DNA from: an uncultured Candidatus Rokubacteria bacterium | GTDB taxonomy: Bacteria > Methylomirabilota > Methylomirabilia > Rokubacteriales > DASRDR01 | Assembly: GCA_963708025.1 (NCBI GenBank) | Contig: CAVPSB010000028.1 | Location: 40,331 to 104,330, forward strand | Direction of reading: 5' to 3' | Length of the DNA stretch: 64,000 bases | Shown: piece after piece, positions 63,416-64,000 of the stretch | Position numbering within the stretch: position 1 is the stretch's first letter | Layout: every line of letters starts with the position of its first letter | The notes under the pieces: generated by a model | Seen by the model: the letters and a program-made list of their open reading frames with translations, nothing else | What the model was told of the DNA's origin: nothing | Databases searched by the model: none | Translations under genes and position numbers: made by a program

Positions 63416-64000
63416 TCAGTCTGCGTCAGTCACCGCGCCCAGGGAGGCGGTCGAGACCAGCTTCATGTACTTGGCGAGCAGACCGCTCGTGTAGCGCGGC
63501 TTGGGCGCCTTCCACTTCCGGCGGCGTGCCGCGAGCTGCTTTGCCGGCACATTGAGCTGGATGAGCCGCTTCGCCGCATCGATCGTGATGGAATCACCTT
63601 CCTTCACGAGCGCGATGGTGCCGCCGACATAGGCTTCGGGAGCTACGTGACCCACCACCATGCCCCAGGTGCCGCCCGAGAAGCGCCCGTCGGTGAGCAG
63701 GCCGACCGAGTCGCCGAGGCCCTGACCGATCAGCGCCGAGGTCGGCGCCAGCATCTCCTGCATCCCGGGGCCGCCCTTCGGGCCCTCGTAGCGGATGACG
63801 AGTACGTCACCGGGCTTGATGCGCCTGGCCATGATCGCCTTCATGCAGGCGTTCTCGGAATCGAAGACCCGCGCTGGCCCGGTGATGGAGGTCTTTTTCA
63901 GGCCGGTGATCTTGGCGACGCAGCCTTCGGTGGCGAGATTACCGCGCAGGATGGCGAGGTGCCCCTGCTTGTACATCGGCCTCGACCAGGGGCGGATCAC
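63416..64000 (-). CDS. ilvD: Dihydroxy-acid dehydratase, C-terminal part (5' end outside window)
   Basis: GNLA.EG...[22 protein letters not shown] and GHVAPEA. Confidence 0.95.
   Translation of the reverse strand: MIRPWSRPMYKQGHLAILRGNLATEGCVAKITGLKKTSITGPARVFDSENACMKAIMARRIKPGDVLVIRYEGPKGGPGMQEMLAPTSALIGQGLGDSVGLLTDGRFSGGTWGMVVGHVAPEAYVGGTIALVKEGDSITIDAAKRLIQLNVPAKQLAARRRKWKAPKPRYTSGLLAKYMKLVSTASLGAVTDAD

Overview
A very GC-rich, gene-dense bacterial chromosomal segment. It is dominated by ABC uptake systems (two peptide/Dpp-type, two sugar-type, one polar amino acid) and by catabolic enzymes for N-heterocycles and methylated amines. It also carries zwf, a GcvT-family dehydrogenase with etfBA, leuCD and part of ilvD. 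This gene content resembles Candidatus Rokubacteria, but that assignment is only an inference. About a dozen ORFs are broken by single-base indels; eight have 3n+1 spans, which points to long-read insertion errors rather than real pseudogenes. Most notable observations: (1) a glucose-6-phosphate dehydrogenase apparently fused to a C-terminal cyclic-nucleotide-binding domain; (2) an accessory patch with a translationally coupled VIT-vWA / ECF sigma / 72-aa operon, an AbrB-Doc toxin-antitoxin pair and an XRE-HTH protein with an EVE/PUA-like domain; (3) a 126-bp hairpin repeat whose two copies differ mainly by compensatory base-pair changes, plus a second REP-like family; (4) a lysR-leuCD-hydrolase block bracketed by a direct repeat of the etfA 3' end, containing a candidate ~180-nt structured ncRNA; (5) a DUF1989 / PhyH / DgcA-like / DddP-like catabolic operon. 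No rRNA, tRNA, CRISPR array, transposase or integrase was recognised. All calls come from reading motifs by eye; no database searches were run.
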